From an uncultured Peptoniphilaceae bacterium (GTDB taxonomy: Bacteria; Bacillota; Clostridia; Tissierellales; Peptoniphilaceae): DNA of 40,146 nucleotides. Below the pieces are notes generated by a model. That model saw nothing but the letters and a program-made list of their open reading frames with translations. It made no database searches and had not been told where the DNA came from. Each line of letters begins with the position of its first letter. The first letter of the stretch is position 1. The stretch is taken from NCBI GenBank assembly GCA_964522555.1, contig CAZFWK010000001.1:10114-50259 (forward strand). The letters run 5' to 3'. Below are positions 16,978 to 26,271 of this stretch, one piece after another. The position numbers were made by a program, and so were the translations under genes.

Positions 16978-18827
16978 TTTTTGTATAAGTCGGCTTTGAC
17001 CTCTTCCAGTCCTCCGATCTCGTCCAGGAATTTTTCCGTGGGGACGCCGGTGTCCGGGTCGTATCCCATGGTTTCGAAGAAATTCCTTGCCAAGAGCTTT
17101 GTGTCGATGTCGACTCCTTCAAGCGGGCCACTTTCTAGCGGAGGGTGTCCGACTGCGCGTTCTGACATCGTCATATCTTTCGGATAAATCCCCTCTCTTA
17201 GATTGAATGCGTGGCGCAGCGTGTAGATCCGTTTGCCTGTGTTGTTGTATTCTTCCGTTGATCGTACTCTTCCGGTAATCGCTTGATTCAGAAGCTCGTC
17301 GATCCCGGGTGGCGCGCAATATGCCGCAAAGAAGCACAGCCCGCTGCAGTTTAGCATTTCGATATGCGCCACGCTTGCGACGTCCGCATCGCCTGTATTT
17401 TCGTAAATGTATTTGGACGGGTCGCTTGATAGCATCTGCGTAAATCCGGCGCCTCCCTTTACATGCCTTCCCGGGCTCGGGTCGTATTGATAGGTTCTGG
17501 CGACACCCGGTGCAAAGCGCGCGTCGTGCATCGGAAGCTCGATTCCCGAGGCGGTTTGCAGATACTCTTCCCCTTTTCCAAAGTGTTTGGCGGCGTAGGC
17601 GGATCCGTTCGCCATAATTGCGCCGACGCCTTCACATGCAGCCATCTTTTCCGTAATGGCGACGATGGCTTCCGCGTTCCCCCATGTAAGGTCTATCCCG
17701 TCGAGCTCCTCTTTCGATAACATGCCGTTTTCGTAGCACTCCATCGCCCAAGCGACGGTCATCCCGGCTGAGATCGTGTCAAACCCGGCGCGATTTCAGA
17801 TTTCGTTGCACTTTAGCATCGCGTGTTCGTTGCCGTTTAGGATGGTGGAGCCGAATGCGGCCGCGGTCTCGTATTCGGGGCGTTCCGTCTCTTTCATCGG
17901 CCAGGGGCCGTCATTCACCTCGTATGTTGCACCGCAGCCTAAAGGACAATTGGCGCAGTTGTATTTTTTCTTCTTATAGCGGTCGAGGTTCATCGCCGAA
18001 AAACGCTCCGCGCTTTCCTCCCCGTAATCGGAAATGCCTACGCCTTGCCAGTTTTTCACAGGGGAATCTCCGCTTAAGGCGGATGCCGCCGTCATCGCAC
18101 CGGTTCCGTACTCGCCAAATGCGAGGGCCATGTCTCCCGTCTTTACGACCTCGACAATGCCTTTGTTCAGTTCCGTAATGCGGTCTTCGTCGTCGACTTC
18201 GATTTTCCCGGTTCCGTATACGACAACCGCTTTCAGCTTTTTCGAACCCATCACAGCACCCAAACCGCCCCTCGCCGGAGCTCGATGCCCGTCGTTGATC
18301 GGGCAGGAGATCAGCGACTCCTGTTCACCCGGCTTTCCGATCGCCATCACGCGCGCTTTCGGCTGTTCGACTTCGTCTTTCAAGATCGGGATGATCTCTT
18401 TGCAGTCGATCCCTGCAAGATGTGAGGCTTCTCGAATTTCCGCTTCTCCTTCGTGGATCCACAGATACACCGGTTTTTCGGAGATCCCCGAAATAAACAC
18501 GCCGTCGAAGCCCGCCTTTTTCAGCTCGGGGCCGATATAGCCTCCGGAGTTGGCGTCGTTCCACCCTCCGGTAACGGGCGATTTACAAACGACCGCGTAT
18601 CTTCCGCTGAAGAAACTCCGCGTTCCCGTGGTCGGTCCCGTCACGATTCCGAAGATATTGTCCGGTCCCAAGGGGTCTGCCCCGGCTGGCATTCTGTCGT
18701 ACAATACTTTCGCTCCGATCCCGTAACCGCCGACATACTTTCTCGTCCACTCCTCCGGTAGCGCCTCTTTCGTGATCGCTCCTGTCGTCAGGTCTACAAA
18801 CAATAACTGTCCCGCATACCCTTTCAT
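16974..18827 (-). CDS. aldehyde:ferredoxin oxidoreductase (tungstopterin AOR family), interrupted by a single in-frame TGA at 17796..17798
   Basis: The two listed ORFs (17796..18935 and 16974..17762) are in the same frame. The joined reading is ...HAMLKCNEI-TGA-NRAGFDTISAGMTVAWAMECYENG.... The N-terminus MKGYAGQLLFVDLTTG (ATG 18827 after AAAGGAG), the 4Fe-4S motif CANCPLGC, and the GFDTIS and MLNCSGLC motifs are AOR hallmarks. Confidence 0.85.
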
Positions 18828-18852
18828 TTTGCTTCTCCTTTCATGATTGGGA

Positions 18853-18974
18853 CGCAAAAAAAGCCATGCGCGTCCCTTGGGGCACATGACTCCTTTCCGA
18901 ACACGGGAGGCGAGCGGATTGCTCCACTCACCCATAGTCCGGCATAACCTTTCAGGCTAAGCCGAATCGGAGTA
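18853..18974 (-). promoter_or_regulatory. Moco/Tuco-type riboswitch candidate with intrinsic terminator
   Basis: The minus-strand RNA is ACUCCGAUUCGGCUUAGCCUGAAAGGUUAUGCCGG...GCUCGCCUCCCGUGUUCGGAAAGGAGU. P1 is ACUCC/GGAGU, and the GCCUCCC and GGAAAGGAG elements are as I recall them for the Moco motif. A hairpin CAUGUGCCCCAAGGGACGCGCAUGGC plus U7 follows (18853..18888). It sits upstream of the AOR and MoaD-like genes. Confidence 0.6.
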
Positions 18975-18983
18975 GTGTGTTGT

Positions 18984-19012
18984 ATTATACTATAGTTTAA
19001 CACTATATTCAA
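18984..19012 (-). promoter_or_regulatory. sigma-70-type promoter for the riboswitch/AOR unit
   Basis: Minus strand: TTGAAT (19012..19007), a 17-nt spacer, then TATAAT (18989..18984). Confidence 0.55.
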
Positions 19013-19020
19013 TCTCTTCA

Positions 19021-19058
19021 AAAAAATCGAGAGCCTCTCTTCCATGGAGGCTCTCGAT
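19021..19058 (-). terminator. rho-independent terminator ending the leu operon transcript
   Basis: Minus strand: TCGAGAGCCTC-CATGGAAGA-GAGGCTCTCGA followed by TTTTTTT. Confidence 0.7.
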
Positions 19059-19068
19059 GCAGAAAACA

Positions 19069-19887
19069 TTATCTTTTAATTTTTAGCCAGGGTCTCTCGT
19101 AGTCCCAGTTCAGCTCGACTTCACAGTCGTAAAGCTCCGCCAAGATCGTTTCGGTTACGATCTCTTTTTTCGGCCCGCTCGCTTTCATGATCCCTTCATC
19201 CAAAATGGCGACATGGGTGATAAAGGGGAGGATCTCCTCCAAATTGTGCGTCACATAGAGCACCGTTTTGTCGGACCCTTCGACTCGCGCCTCGAGCGCT
19301 TGCAGGAGTGACTCTCTTTCTTTGATATCCAAGCTTGTGCAGGGCTCGTCCAACACGAGAAGTTCGGACGGATTCATAAGCGCGCGTGCGACAAGTGTCC
19401 TTCTCCTCTCGCCCTCCGAAAGGGTCGCGAATCGCTTCTCGGCGAGGTGCGTCAGGTGAAAGTCTGCCAGCATGGCTTCCGTTTGCAGAAGGTCTTCCCG
19501 GTCGGGATTATCGTAAAGCCCGATGGTGAGGAACTTTCCGCTCGTCACGATATCCCGTACCGTCATTCCATATAGTGTCGAGAGATAATTGTGTAGGGTT
19601 GATGACACAAAACTGGTCCTCTTTCGGATTTCCTCCCAGGGTGTCTTTCCGAAGGTTTTTCCGAATACTTCCACAGAGCCGGTCGTGGGGTACGTAAGGG
19701 CGGGAATCATGCTAAGTAGGGTAGACTTACCCGACCCGTTTCGCCCCAAGAGCACCCACCGCTCATTCTTCTCGATTGCCCAATTCACGCCCGTTAAGAT
19801 TGGCCTGCCGTCCCGACGAAAGGTGACATTTTCGAAGCGGACGCTAGTTGCGTACGGCTTCATAGACCAATCGTCCCATTTCGGCAC
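19069..19887 (-). CDS. orphan ABC-type ATPase (ModF/YlmA-like), no adjacent permease
   Basis: Walker [12 protein letters not shown], signature [15 protein letters not shown] and Walker B LLVLDEP are present. The start is uncertain (GTG 19887 or ATG 19863); both overlap the leuB 3' end. Confidence 0.7.
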   Translation of the reverse strand: MPKWDDWSMKPYATSVRFENVTFRRDGRPILTGVNWAIEKNERWVLLGRNGSGKSTLLSMIPALTYPTTGSVEVFGKTFGKTPWEEIRKRTSFVSSTLHNYLSTLYGMTVRDIVTSGKFLTIGLYDNPDREDLLQTEAMLADFHLTHLAEKRFATLSEGERRRTLVARALMNPSELLVLDEPCTSLDIKERESLLQALEARVEGSDKTVLYVTHNLEEILPFITHVAILDEGIMKASGPKKEIVTETILAELYDCEVELNWDYERPWLKIKR

Positions 19888-20920
19888 ATCCGATCACGGG
19901 TTCTCCCGCACTCGCGATGTCTTTTGTGCGAGCGCCACCGTCCAGCACCTTTACGACGGCTGCTTCGATCGCGCGCGCTTCCTCTTCCAGTTTGAAAGAA
20001 TAGCGCATCATCATCGCGACGGAAAGGATCGTCCCCAAGGGGTTGGCGATGTCTTTTCCGGCAATGTCGGGTGCGGAGCCGTGGATCGGCTCGTATAGGT
20101 GGATCCCTTCCGTTCCCAGGCTGATCGAAGGTAGCATCCCGATGGAGCCTGTGATCATCGAGGCTTCGTCGGAGAGAATGTCGCCGAAGATATTGTTCGT
20201 CAGGATGACATCGAATTGTGCCGGATTTCTCACCAATTGCATCGCACAATTGTCGACATACATGGTTTCGAGTGTAATCTCCGGGTAGTCCTCGTGGATT
20301 TCTTCCACGACGGTACGCCACAACTTGGAGGTGTCCAGCACATTGGCTTTATCGACCAGCGTCACTTTCTTTCTCCTTGCGGTAGCTGAATCAAAAGCGA
20401 CGAGTGCAATGCGCGCGATTTCTTCTTCGTTGTATTCTTCGATATCGTAAGCGGACCGGAGGCCGTTTTTTACCGATGTCTCGCGTGCGCCGAAGTAGAT
20501 CCCGCCGATCAGCTCCCGTACGACGAGAAGGTCGACCCCGGATTCTACGATTTCATTCTTTAGGGGACTCGCCGACTTTAATGCGGCGTAGACGGTCGCC
20601 GGGCGGAGATTGGCGTAGAGCTCCAAGCTCTTTCGGAGCCTGAGGAGGCCCTTTTCCGGTCGAATCTGTGGGTCGACCGCATCCCATTTGGGTCCGCCTA
20701 CGGCGCCCAAGAGCACGGCGTCCGCGCCTTTGCAAGCCTCGATCGTGGCTGCCGGCAGCGGATTGTTGTACGCGTCGATTGCGACGCCGCCCAAAAGCGC
20801 CGTGGTCGTCTCGAAGGTATGCCCAAAGCGTTCTTCGATCCCTTTCAGGACGAGGGTCGCCTGGTTTACAATTTCCGTCCCGATTCCGTCTCCTGGTAAG
20901 AGGGTAATCTTAGCTCGCAT
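19844..20920 (-). CDS. leuB: 3-isopropylmalate dehydrogenase
   Basis: 358 aa with [22 protein letters not shown], and [23 protein letters not shown]...[14 protein letters not shown]. Confidence 0.95.
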   Translation of the reverse strand: MRAKITLLPGDGIGTEIVNQATLVLKGIEERFGHTFETTTALLGGVAIDAYNNPLPAATIEACKGADAVLLGAVGGPKWDAVDPQIRPEKGLLRLRKSLELYANLRPATVYAALKSASPLKNEIVESGVDLLVVRELIGGIYFGARETSVKNGLRSAYDIEEYNEEEIARIALVAFDSATARRKKVTLVDKANVLDTSKLWRTVVEEIHEDYPEITLETMYVDNCAMQLVRNPAQFDVILTNNIFGDILSDEASMITGSIGMLPSISLGTEGIHLYEPIHGSAPDIAGKDIANPLGTILSVAMMMRYSFKLEEEARAIEAAVVKVLDGGARTKDIASAGEPVIGCAEMGRLVYEAVRN

Positions 20921-21518
20921 AGCGGTCCAACTTTCTGAGATAGGCCGGCCGATTTTTTTCGTATTCTTCGATTTTTGCTCGATGCTTTAAGGTGAGGTCG
21001 ATCGCATCGGCCCCTTCCAGAAGTCTTGCTTTCCAACTTTCTTCGATCGCAAAGGGGATCACGATTCCGTCAGCGATGACCTTTTGCGACGGCAGATCGA
21101 TCTCGATCGTCGTATCTGCGGGAAGGCTTGCGATCCACACTCTCTCTTCTTTCGACATGACGATCGGCAGATGCCCGTTGTTTAGCCAGTTCATATAGAA
21201 GATCGGAGAGTAAGAACCCGCGATGACGACCTCGATCCCATAGTCCTGCAGCGCCCAAGCCGCATGCTCTCGGGAAGACCCGCAGCCGAAATTGTCGCCC
21301 GCGATCAGGATGTTCGCTCCCTGATACTTCGCTTGATTCAGTGCGAAGTCCGGGATCGGCTTCCCGCTTTCATCGTAGCGCCAAGGGTCAAAAAGGGAGT
21401 CGGCAAATCCGGTTTTCTCCGTGCTTTTTAAATACTGCTTCGGGATGAGGGTGTCGGTGTCGATATTGTCCACCAGGATGGGTACCGCTCGACCCGTGAT
21501 CTTTTCAAATGCTTTCAT
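20910..21518 (-). CDS. leuD: 3-isopropylmalate dehydratase small subunit
   Basis: 202 aa with [15 protein letters not shown] and [18 protein letters not shown]. Confidence 0.95.
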   Translation of the reverse strand: MKAFEKITGRAVPILVDNIDTDTLIPKQYLKSTEKTGFADSLFDPWRYDESGKPIPDFALNQAKYQGANILIAGDNFGCGSSREHAAWALQDYGIEVVIAGSYSPIFYMNWLNNGHLPIVMSKEERVWIASLPADTTIEIDLPSQKVIADGIVIPFAIEESWKARLLEGADAIDLTLKHRAKIEEYEKNRPAYLRKLDRYAS

Positions 21519-22895
21519 TTACGCCTCCCTGCTGTCTTTGAATCGGCCGTGAATGGCTGCTAATGCCGCCATCGCCGGGCTCACAAGGTGGGTTCTCGCG
21601 TCTTTTCCTTGTCTGCCTTCGAAGTTTCGGTTGGAAGTCGAGGCGCAGTGTGCATACGCCGGCACCTTATCGGGGTTCATGCCCAAACAGCTCGAGCAGC
21701 CCGCTTCACGCCATTCGAAGCCCGCATTTTTGAAGATCTCCGCAATCCCCGAGGCTTCGCACGCGCGTTTTACCGCGTCCGACCCGGGTACTGCGATCGC
21801 GGTTACGCTCTCGTGCACCTTTTTCCCCTTTAAGACTTCCGCTGCAATCGCAAAGTCGGAGTAGCGTCCGTTGGTACAAGAGCCCATAAATACATGCGTC
21901 ACCGGAATGTCGGCAGGGGTTTGTCCCGGTTTTAGGTCCATATAAGCATAGGCATTTTTATCGTTTTCGTCGCGGATTTCGGGAAAAGCTTCGCCAAAGG
22001 ACACGACTTGCCCGAGATTGGTTCCCCATGTGATTTGCGGCGCAAGATCGGTAATGTCCATCTCCAAGACCTGGTCATAGTCCGATTCGCTGTCCGTGTA
22101 AAGCGTCTTCCAATCGGCTATTGCCGCTTCGAAATCTTCCTCTGCTGGCGCATAGCGCTTCCCCCGCACATAGTCGAAGGTCTCTTGGTCGGGTTTCACC
22201 AATCCGAACTTTGCTCCGGCTTCGATCGCCATATTGCAGAGCGTCATGCGCTCGTCCATCGTGAGGGCTTCGATCGGCTCTCCGAAAAATTCCATCGCGT
22301 AGCCTGCACCGAGATTGTTTCCGAATTTTCCGATTAGCCCCAAGATCATATCCTTTGCGTACACGCCTTTGGGAAGTGTTCCGGTGAACCTTACTCCTAA
22401 GTTTTTCGGTTTGTTTTGCCAGATGGTTTGCGTCGCGAAGACATGTTCCACTTCGCTCGTTCCGATACCGCATGCAATCGCGCCGAATGCGCCGTGTGTC
22501 GCGGTATGGGAGTCGCCGCACACGACGACTTTCCCCGGTTGCGAGATGCCCAGCTCCGGCCCCATCATATGGATGATCGCGTTGTCGGGGCTGTCCATGT
22601 CGAAGAGGACGACGCCGAATTCCTCGCAATTCGCGCGAAGAGCGTCAAGCTGTGCTTTCGATACTTTGTCTTTTATGTCTGCACGATCCGCTTTAATGGT
22701 CGGCGTATTGTGGTCCATGGTGGCATAGGTGAGGTCCGGGCGACGAAGCGGGCGGTTGGCCAGCTTGAGTCCCGAAAACGCCTGGGGCGAGGTTACTTCA
22801 TGAATGAGGTGCGCATCGACATACAGGAGTTGCGCCTCGCCTGCTTCTCCTGCGATTACATGTCGGTCCCAAATTTTATCGAATAAAGTTGCCAA
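21519..22895 (-). CDS. leuC: 3-isopropylmalate dehydratase large subunit
   Basis: 458 aa of the aconitase family, with [27 protein letters not shown] and GSCTNGR...CSSCLGMN cluster ligands. Confidence 0.95.
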   Translation of the reverse strand: MATLFDKIWDRHVIAGEAGEAQLLYVDAHLIHEVTSPQAFSGLKLANRPLRRPDLTYATMDHNTPTIKADRADIKDKVSKAQLDALRANCEEFGVVLFDMDSPDNAIIHMMGPELGISQPGKVVVCGDSHTATHGAFGAIACGIGTSEVEHVFATQTIWQNKPKNLGVRFTGTLPKGVYAKDMILGLIGKFGNNLGAGYAMEFFGEPIEALTMDERMTLCNMAIEAGAKFGLVKPDQETFDYVRGKRYAPAEEDFEAAIADWKTLYTDSESDYDQVLEMDITDLAPQITWGTNLGQVVSFGEAFPEIRDENDKNAYAYMDLKPGQTPADIPVTHVFMGSCTNGRYSDFAIAAEVLKGKKVHESVTAIAVPGSDAVKRACEASGIAEIFKNAGFEWREAGCSSCLGMNPDKVPAYAHCASTSNRNFEGRQGKDARTHLVSPAMAALAAIHGRFKDSREA

Positions 22896-24410
22896 TTATG
22901 CCTCCTTCCTTCCTGCTCTCGTATGCATATGATTGATTGCATTGATATAGGCCAAAATACTCGATTTGATGATGTCGGTGCTCAAGCCCTTTCCGGAATA
23001 CGTCTTTCCGCCGGCTTCGAGCTTTACGACGGTCTCTCCGACCGCGTCTTTTCCTTGTGTAACGGAGTAGATCGAGAAGTCCTTCAGCTTGACCTCTTCT
23101 CCCGTAATCTTTGCCATCGCATCGAATGCAGCGTCGATCGGACCTTTTCCGGTCCCGATATTTTCGACCATTTCATCTTGGACCTGCACTTTGATGATCG
23201 TTTTCGCGTCTTTACCTTCGCTGGTCGCGGTTTGATAGTCTACGAGCACGATTCCGTCTTCCACTTCAGAGTACGCGCCGATGACCAATGCTTCGATATC
23301 TTTATCGTAGACGGTCTTCTTTTCGTCTGCGAGTTCTTTAAACTTCACAAACAACGCGTTGAGCTCTTCGCTGCTCACTTCGTAACCGAGGTCGTTTAAA
23401 CGGTCCTTGAGCGCGTGCTTCCCGGAGTGCTTTCCTAATACCATCATATTTTCTTTGAGTCCGACGGATTCCGGTGTCATGATCTCGTAAGTGGTCTTTT
23501 CTTTCAAAACCCCGTGCTGATGGATGCCGGCTTCATGCGCAAATGCGTTTACGCCGACGATCGCCTTATGCGGTTGCACGCGAACCCCTGTGATTTGCGA
23601 AAGCAAAGTGGAGGAACGCATGATCTCGGTCGTTACGATATTGGTGTCTTGCTTGTAGTAGTCTTGTCTGGTCTTAAGCGCCATGACGATCTCTTCCATC
23701 GCGGCATTTCCGGCGCGTTCGCCGATCCCGTTGACGGTACACTCTACTTGCGTCGCTCCTGCGAGGACCGCAGAAAGGGAGTTCGCTACCGCCATCCCGA
23801 GGTCGTTATGGCAGTGCACGGAGATCACGGCTTTGTCGATATTGGGGGTGTTTTCTTTGACCGCCCGGATGAACTCGTAATATTCCTGCGGGGTCGTATA
23901 CCCTACGGTGTCGGGCAGGTTGATTGTAGTGGCACCGGCATCGATGACGCCTTCGATCACGCGATACAAAAACGGGAGTTCCGATCGCGACGCATCTTCG
24001 CACGAAAATTCGATATTCGGGCAAAGTGATCTCGCGTGCTTGACCGCTTCCACGGCTCTTTCATACACTTGATCCTCGGTCATTTCCAGCTTGTACTTCA
24101 TGTGGATGGGCGATGTCGCCAAAAAGACGTGGATCATCGGGCTTTCCGCATACTTCAGCGCTTCGTAAGCCGTATCGATATCGCCTTTGACGGACCTTGC
24201 AAGGGACGCGACCGTGCTGTTTTTTACGACCTTCGCCACTTCCGAAACGGATTCGAAATCGCCTTTCGACGAAATCGCGAAGCCCGCTTCAATGATGTCT
24301 ACGCCCATGCGCTCCAGTTGCTTGGCCATTTGGATCTTCTCGTTCAAGTGCATCGAACAGCCGGGGGATTGCTCCCCATCTCGTAATGTGGTGTCAAAAA
24401 TTCGAATCAT
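22896..24410 (-). CDS. leuA: 2-isopropylmalate synthase
   Basis: 504 aa with [17 protein letters not shown] and [17 protein letters not shown], plus a C-terminal LeuA regulatory domain. Confidence 0.95.
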   Translation of the reverse strand: MIRIFDTTLRDGEQSPGCSMHLNEKIQMAKQLERMGVDIIEAGFAISSKGDFESVSEVAKVVKNSTVASLARSVKGDIDTAYEALKYAESPMIHVFLATSPIHMKYKLEMTEDQVYERAVEAVKHARSLCPNIEFSCEDASRSELPFLYRVIEGVIDAGATTINLPDTVGYTTPQEYYEFIRAVKENTPNIDKAVISVHCHNDLGMAVANSLSAVLAGATQVECTVNGIGERAGNAAMEEIVMALKTRQDYYKQDTNIVTTEIMRSSTLLSQITGVRVQPHKAIVGVNAFAHEAGIHQHGVLKEKTTYEIMTPESVGLKENMMVLGKHSGKHALKDRLNDLGYEVSSEELNALFVKFKELADEKKTVYDKDIEALVIGAYSEVEDGIVLVDYQTATSEGKDAKTIIKVQVQDEMVENIGTGKGPIDAAFDAMAKITGEEVKLKDFSIYSVTQGKDAVGETVVKLEAGGKTYSGKGLSTDIIKSSILAYINAINHMHTRAGRKEA

Positions 24411-24429
24411 CTTTTCCTCTCCTTTTCAT

Positions 24430-24645
24430 AAAAAAAGCCCCTGCATTGCAGGGACGTGTTTACACGCGGTACCACCCAAATTGCATGAAATTCATGCCAC
24501 TCGTCATGGATAAGGGCATGACCCCCGCTTGCCTACCGATTCAGCAAACGCGCAGAGAAAGGAGTAGATTTTGCTTAATTGACCGGCTCGCACCTTCCGC
24601 CGGCTCTCTGAACAACGCCACAAAACCGCTTTTCTCTCTTGCAAA
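24430..24645 (-). promoter_or_regulatory. T-box riboswitch (leuA-proximal copy); candidate specifier CUC (Leu)
   Basis: Minus-strand RNA has CAGAGAG...GGAAGGTGCGAG Stem I elements and a specifier region AAAAUCUA-CUC-C. The T-box sequence AATTTGGGTGGTACCGCG is at plus 24465..24482. The terminator is GTCCCTGCAATGCAGGGGC plus U7. Confidence 0.8.
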
Positions 24646-24648
24646 TAC

Positions 24649-24860
24649 AAAAAGTCCCTGAGTTTCCTCAGGGACGAATTACCGCGTTACCACCCAAATT
24701 GACTGCACAGCAGTCCTCTTCTCCTATCGTTAACGGGACGAACCGTCCACCCCTACAAAATTCAGGGTGAAAGCCGGAAAATGAGTAGCTTCTCGCTTTG
24801 CCACAGGCTCGCACCGACCGCCTGCTCTCTTTAGACTCTACGTAAAGCGCTTTTTCCGAT
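24649..24860 (-). promoter_or_regulatory. T-box riboswitch (distal copy, in tandem); candidate specifier CUC (Leu)
   Basis: Minus-strand RNA has AAAGAGAG...GGTCGGTGCGAG. The lower Stem I is GGAAAA/UUUUCC, with the specifier loop ending GCUA-CUC-A. The T-box sequence AATTTGGGTGGTAACGCG is at plus 24683..24700. The terminator is GTCCCTGAGGAAACTCAGGGAC plus U5. Confidence 0.8.
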
Positions 24861-24885
24861 TGCTGTAAAATCGAACTTAAGTGAA

Positions 24886-24914
24886 AGTATAACCCATGTT
24901 CGCAAAAAAGTAAA
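24886..24914 (-). promoter_or_regulatory. possible promoter of the leu leader
   Basis: Minus strand: TTTACT (24914..24909), a 17-nt spacer, then TATACT (24891..24886). The -35 element is weak. Confidence 0.35.
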
Positions 24915-24952
24915 GCATATTTACAACAATCGGTTCATCTTGGTCGCAAACG

Positions 24953-24976
24953 TTGGAATTCTAATAGTTCCAAGAA
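24953..24976. repeat. hairpin-forming 24-nt repeat, copy A
   Basis: TTGGAATTCTAATAGTTCCAAGAA, versus copy B TTGGAACTCTAGTAGTTCCAAGAA (22/24 identical), in direct orientation 257 bp apart. Each copy contains the inverted arms TTGGAA / TTCCAA. Confidence 0.8.
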
Positions 24977-25209
24977 GAGTGATGACAAATCTGTCGTTCA
25001 TGTATATATATTTCAAACTAAGTATAGGAAGAATTGTAGAGTCAGTGGCGGAATCAGGGGATGTCCATAAGTGCGACTCTGAGGCTAGTCCTCACCTTCT
25101 TCTCTATCGATCGAGAGGACGAAGGCGAGGTGGAGCGCGTTGGACTCCCCTGATGGAGTCACGATTTATGCAAAACCATTCAGTTCATTTGACTTTGTCT
25201 ACAGGTTGA

Positions 25210-25233
25210 TTGGAACTCTAGTAGTTCCAAGAA
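25210..25233. repeat. hairpin-forming 24-nt repeat, copy B (overlaps the last codons and stop of the 25218..25832 gene)
   Basis: See copy A. The arms here are TTGGAACT / AGTTCCAA (8 bp). Confidence 0.8.
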
Positions 25234-25832
25234 ACTCGCATTTGCGTTTCGGAATTGATTTCGATTCTAAGCCAATTGTTGTAAGCGATGACCGGGCCTC
25301 CGGTAAAGCCTTGGATCAACTGCACCTCTCCGATCGCCGTCGCATTTAGTCCATCGATTGCGGTAGCTCGCACGATATACGGTTCCGCTTTCGTCACGGT
25401 TGCGCCGCCTACGCGATACGTAAGCGAGTGTACCGATACGATCTCGTAGTCCTTCCAATCGACGGTATAAGTGATTCCGCAAAGCTCCGTACAGTGGCTC
25501 GGGGTTAAGGTAGCCGTGCCGCCGATCTTGCCGTCGGTCCAATCGCATTTGCCTTGTGCGCAGAGCTCCCCTTCATCCAGCTTATGTACAGGGAGAAGAT
25601 TGAGCGCAACTACTTCGGTGTCCGTCTGATAGACGATATTCTCGCCTTCTTTCAGATCCTGCGGATTGATCGTGGCGGTTCTCACTTTCCCCGCCTCATC
25701 CTCTTCGATCGACGCTACGACCGCATGCGGTTCTTCCTTAGGGGGGCGCTCCTCTGTAAGGCCGGTTTGCCAGAGTCCAATCCAAGCGAAACCCAACAGC
25801 GTCAAGACCATCGCTCCGATTCTCTTTTTCAT
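25218..25832 (-). CDS. hypothetical exported / membrane-anchored protein
   Basis: The listed ORF starts at GTG 25853, but AAAGGAGAAG is positioned for the ATG at 25832 (MKKRIGAMVLTLLGFAWIGLW). It has an N-terminal signal or anchor. No known motif. Confidence 0.6.
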   Translation of the reverse strand: MKKRIGAMVLTLLGFAWIGLWQTGLTEERPPKEEPHAVVASIEEDEAGKVRTATINPQDLKEGENIVYQTDTEVVALNLLPVHKLDEGELCAQGKCDWTDGKIGGTATLTPSHCTELCGITYTVDWKDYEIVSVHSLTYRVGGATVTKAEPYIVRATAIDGLNATAIGEVQLIQGFTGGPVIAYNNWLRIEINSETQMRVSWNY

Positions 25833-26074
25833 CTTCTTCTCCTTTCTTTTCACTTTGCTCTTTCAAAGCATAGTATATAAATATGGTATATTGCAAACGT
25901 TTACTTTCAGCTTGTTCAACTCCCATTCCCGCGTCGAATTCGAGTATTCGCCCGAGAATTGTTAAACTGCTGACTATGAGGTACGTGATGTAGGGACTTT
26001 GGAAGTTCTACTTCTATCATACCCTATGTTCCTAAGAAATGCACATGATTCGTAAAAAACTATTGCAAGAAAAA

Positions 26075-26096
26075 GAAAGGGCAAAATCTGCCCCTT
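26075..26096 (-). terminator. terminator hairpin, copy 1 (with U-rich tail on the minus strand)
   Basis: Minus strand: AAGGGGCAGATTTTGCCCTTTC followed by TTTTTCTT. It is a near-identical copy of 26246..26267. Confidence 0.6.
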
Positions 26097-26245
26097 CCCA
26101 GACTGTAGACAAACAAAGTAATTTCTTGAGATTGAGTGAAGGAGAGACCGGTGTACCCCTTGAGGCCATATCTTGGCCGAGCGGTCCGTGAGCGTGCCGA
26201 AAGGGGTATTCCGGACTCGACTGAACGGACTTTGTCATCACTCTG

Positions 26246-26267
26246 GAAAGGGCAAAATCTGCCCTTT
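26246..26267 (-). terminator. terminator-like hairpin, copy 2, directly after the MATE gene stop
   Basis: Minus strand: AAAGGGCAGATTTTGCCCTTTC, 4 nt after the stop at 26272. There is no extended U tail beyond the stem. Confidence 0.5.
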
Positions 26268-26271
26268 CGTA

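Noticed and set aside
17740-17798. SECIS element that would support selenocysteine at the AOR TGA.
   Set aside because: Only a 4-bp CCGG/CCGG pairing lies close to the UGA. A 6-bp stem with a UUGG loop starts about 39 nt downstream. By eye, neither resembles the bacterial SECIS geometry. The question is kept open as a finding, but I cannot support Sec.
18828-18935. 36-codon extension of the AOR ORF.
   Set aside because: It covers the riboswitch 3' half and the terminator. The ATG at 18827 has an AAAGGAG RBS and gives the conserved AOR N-terminus.
24940-25209. 89-aa plus-strand ORF, and a 31-codon ORF (MSISATLRLVLTFFSIDRED...), inside the repeat-bracketed element.
   Set aside because: Neither has a usable RBS, and their composition is odd (Arg/Gly runs). 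The region is better explained by RNA secondary structure.
26164-26195. tRNA-like D-arm sequence TTGGCCGAGCGGTCCGTGAGCG (class II tRNA-like).
   Set aside because: No acceptor stem, anticodon arm or GTTCRAATC T-loop can be built around it on either strand.
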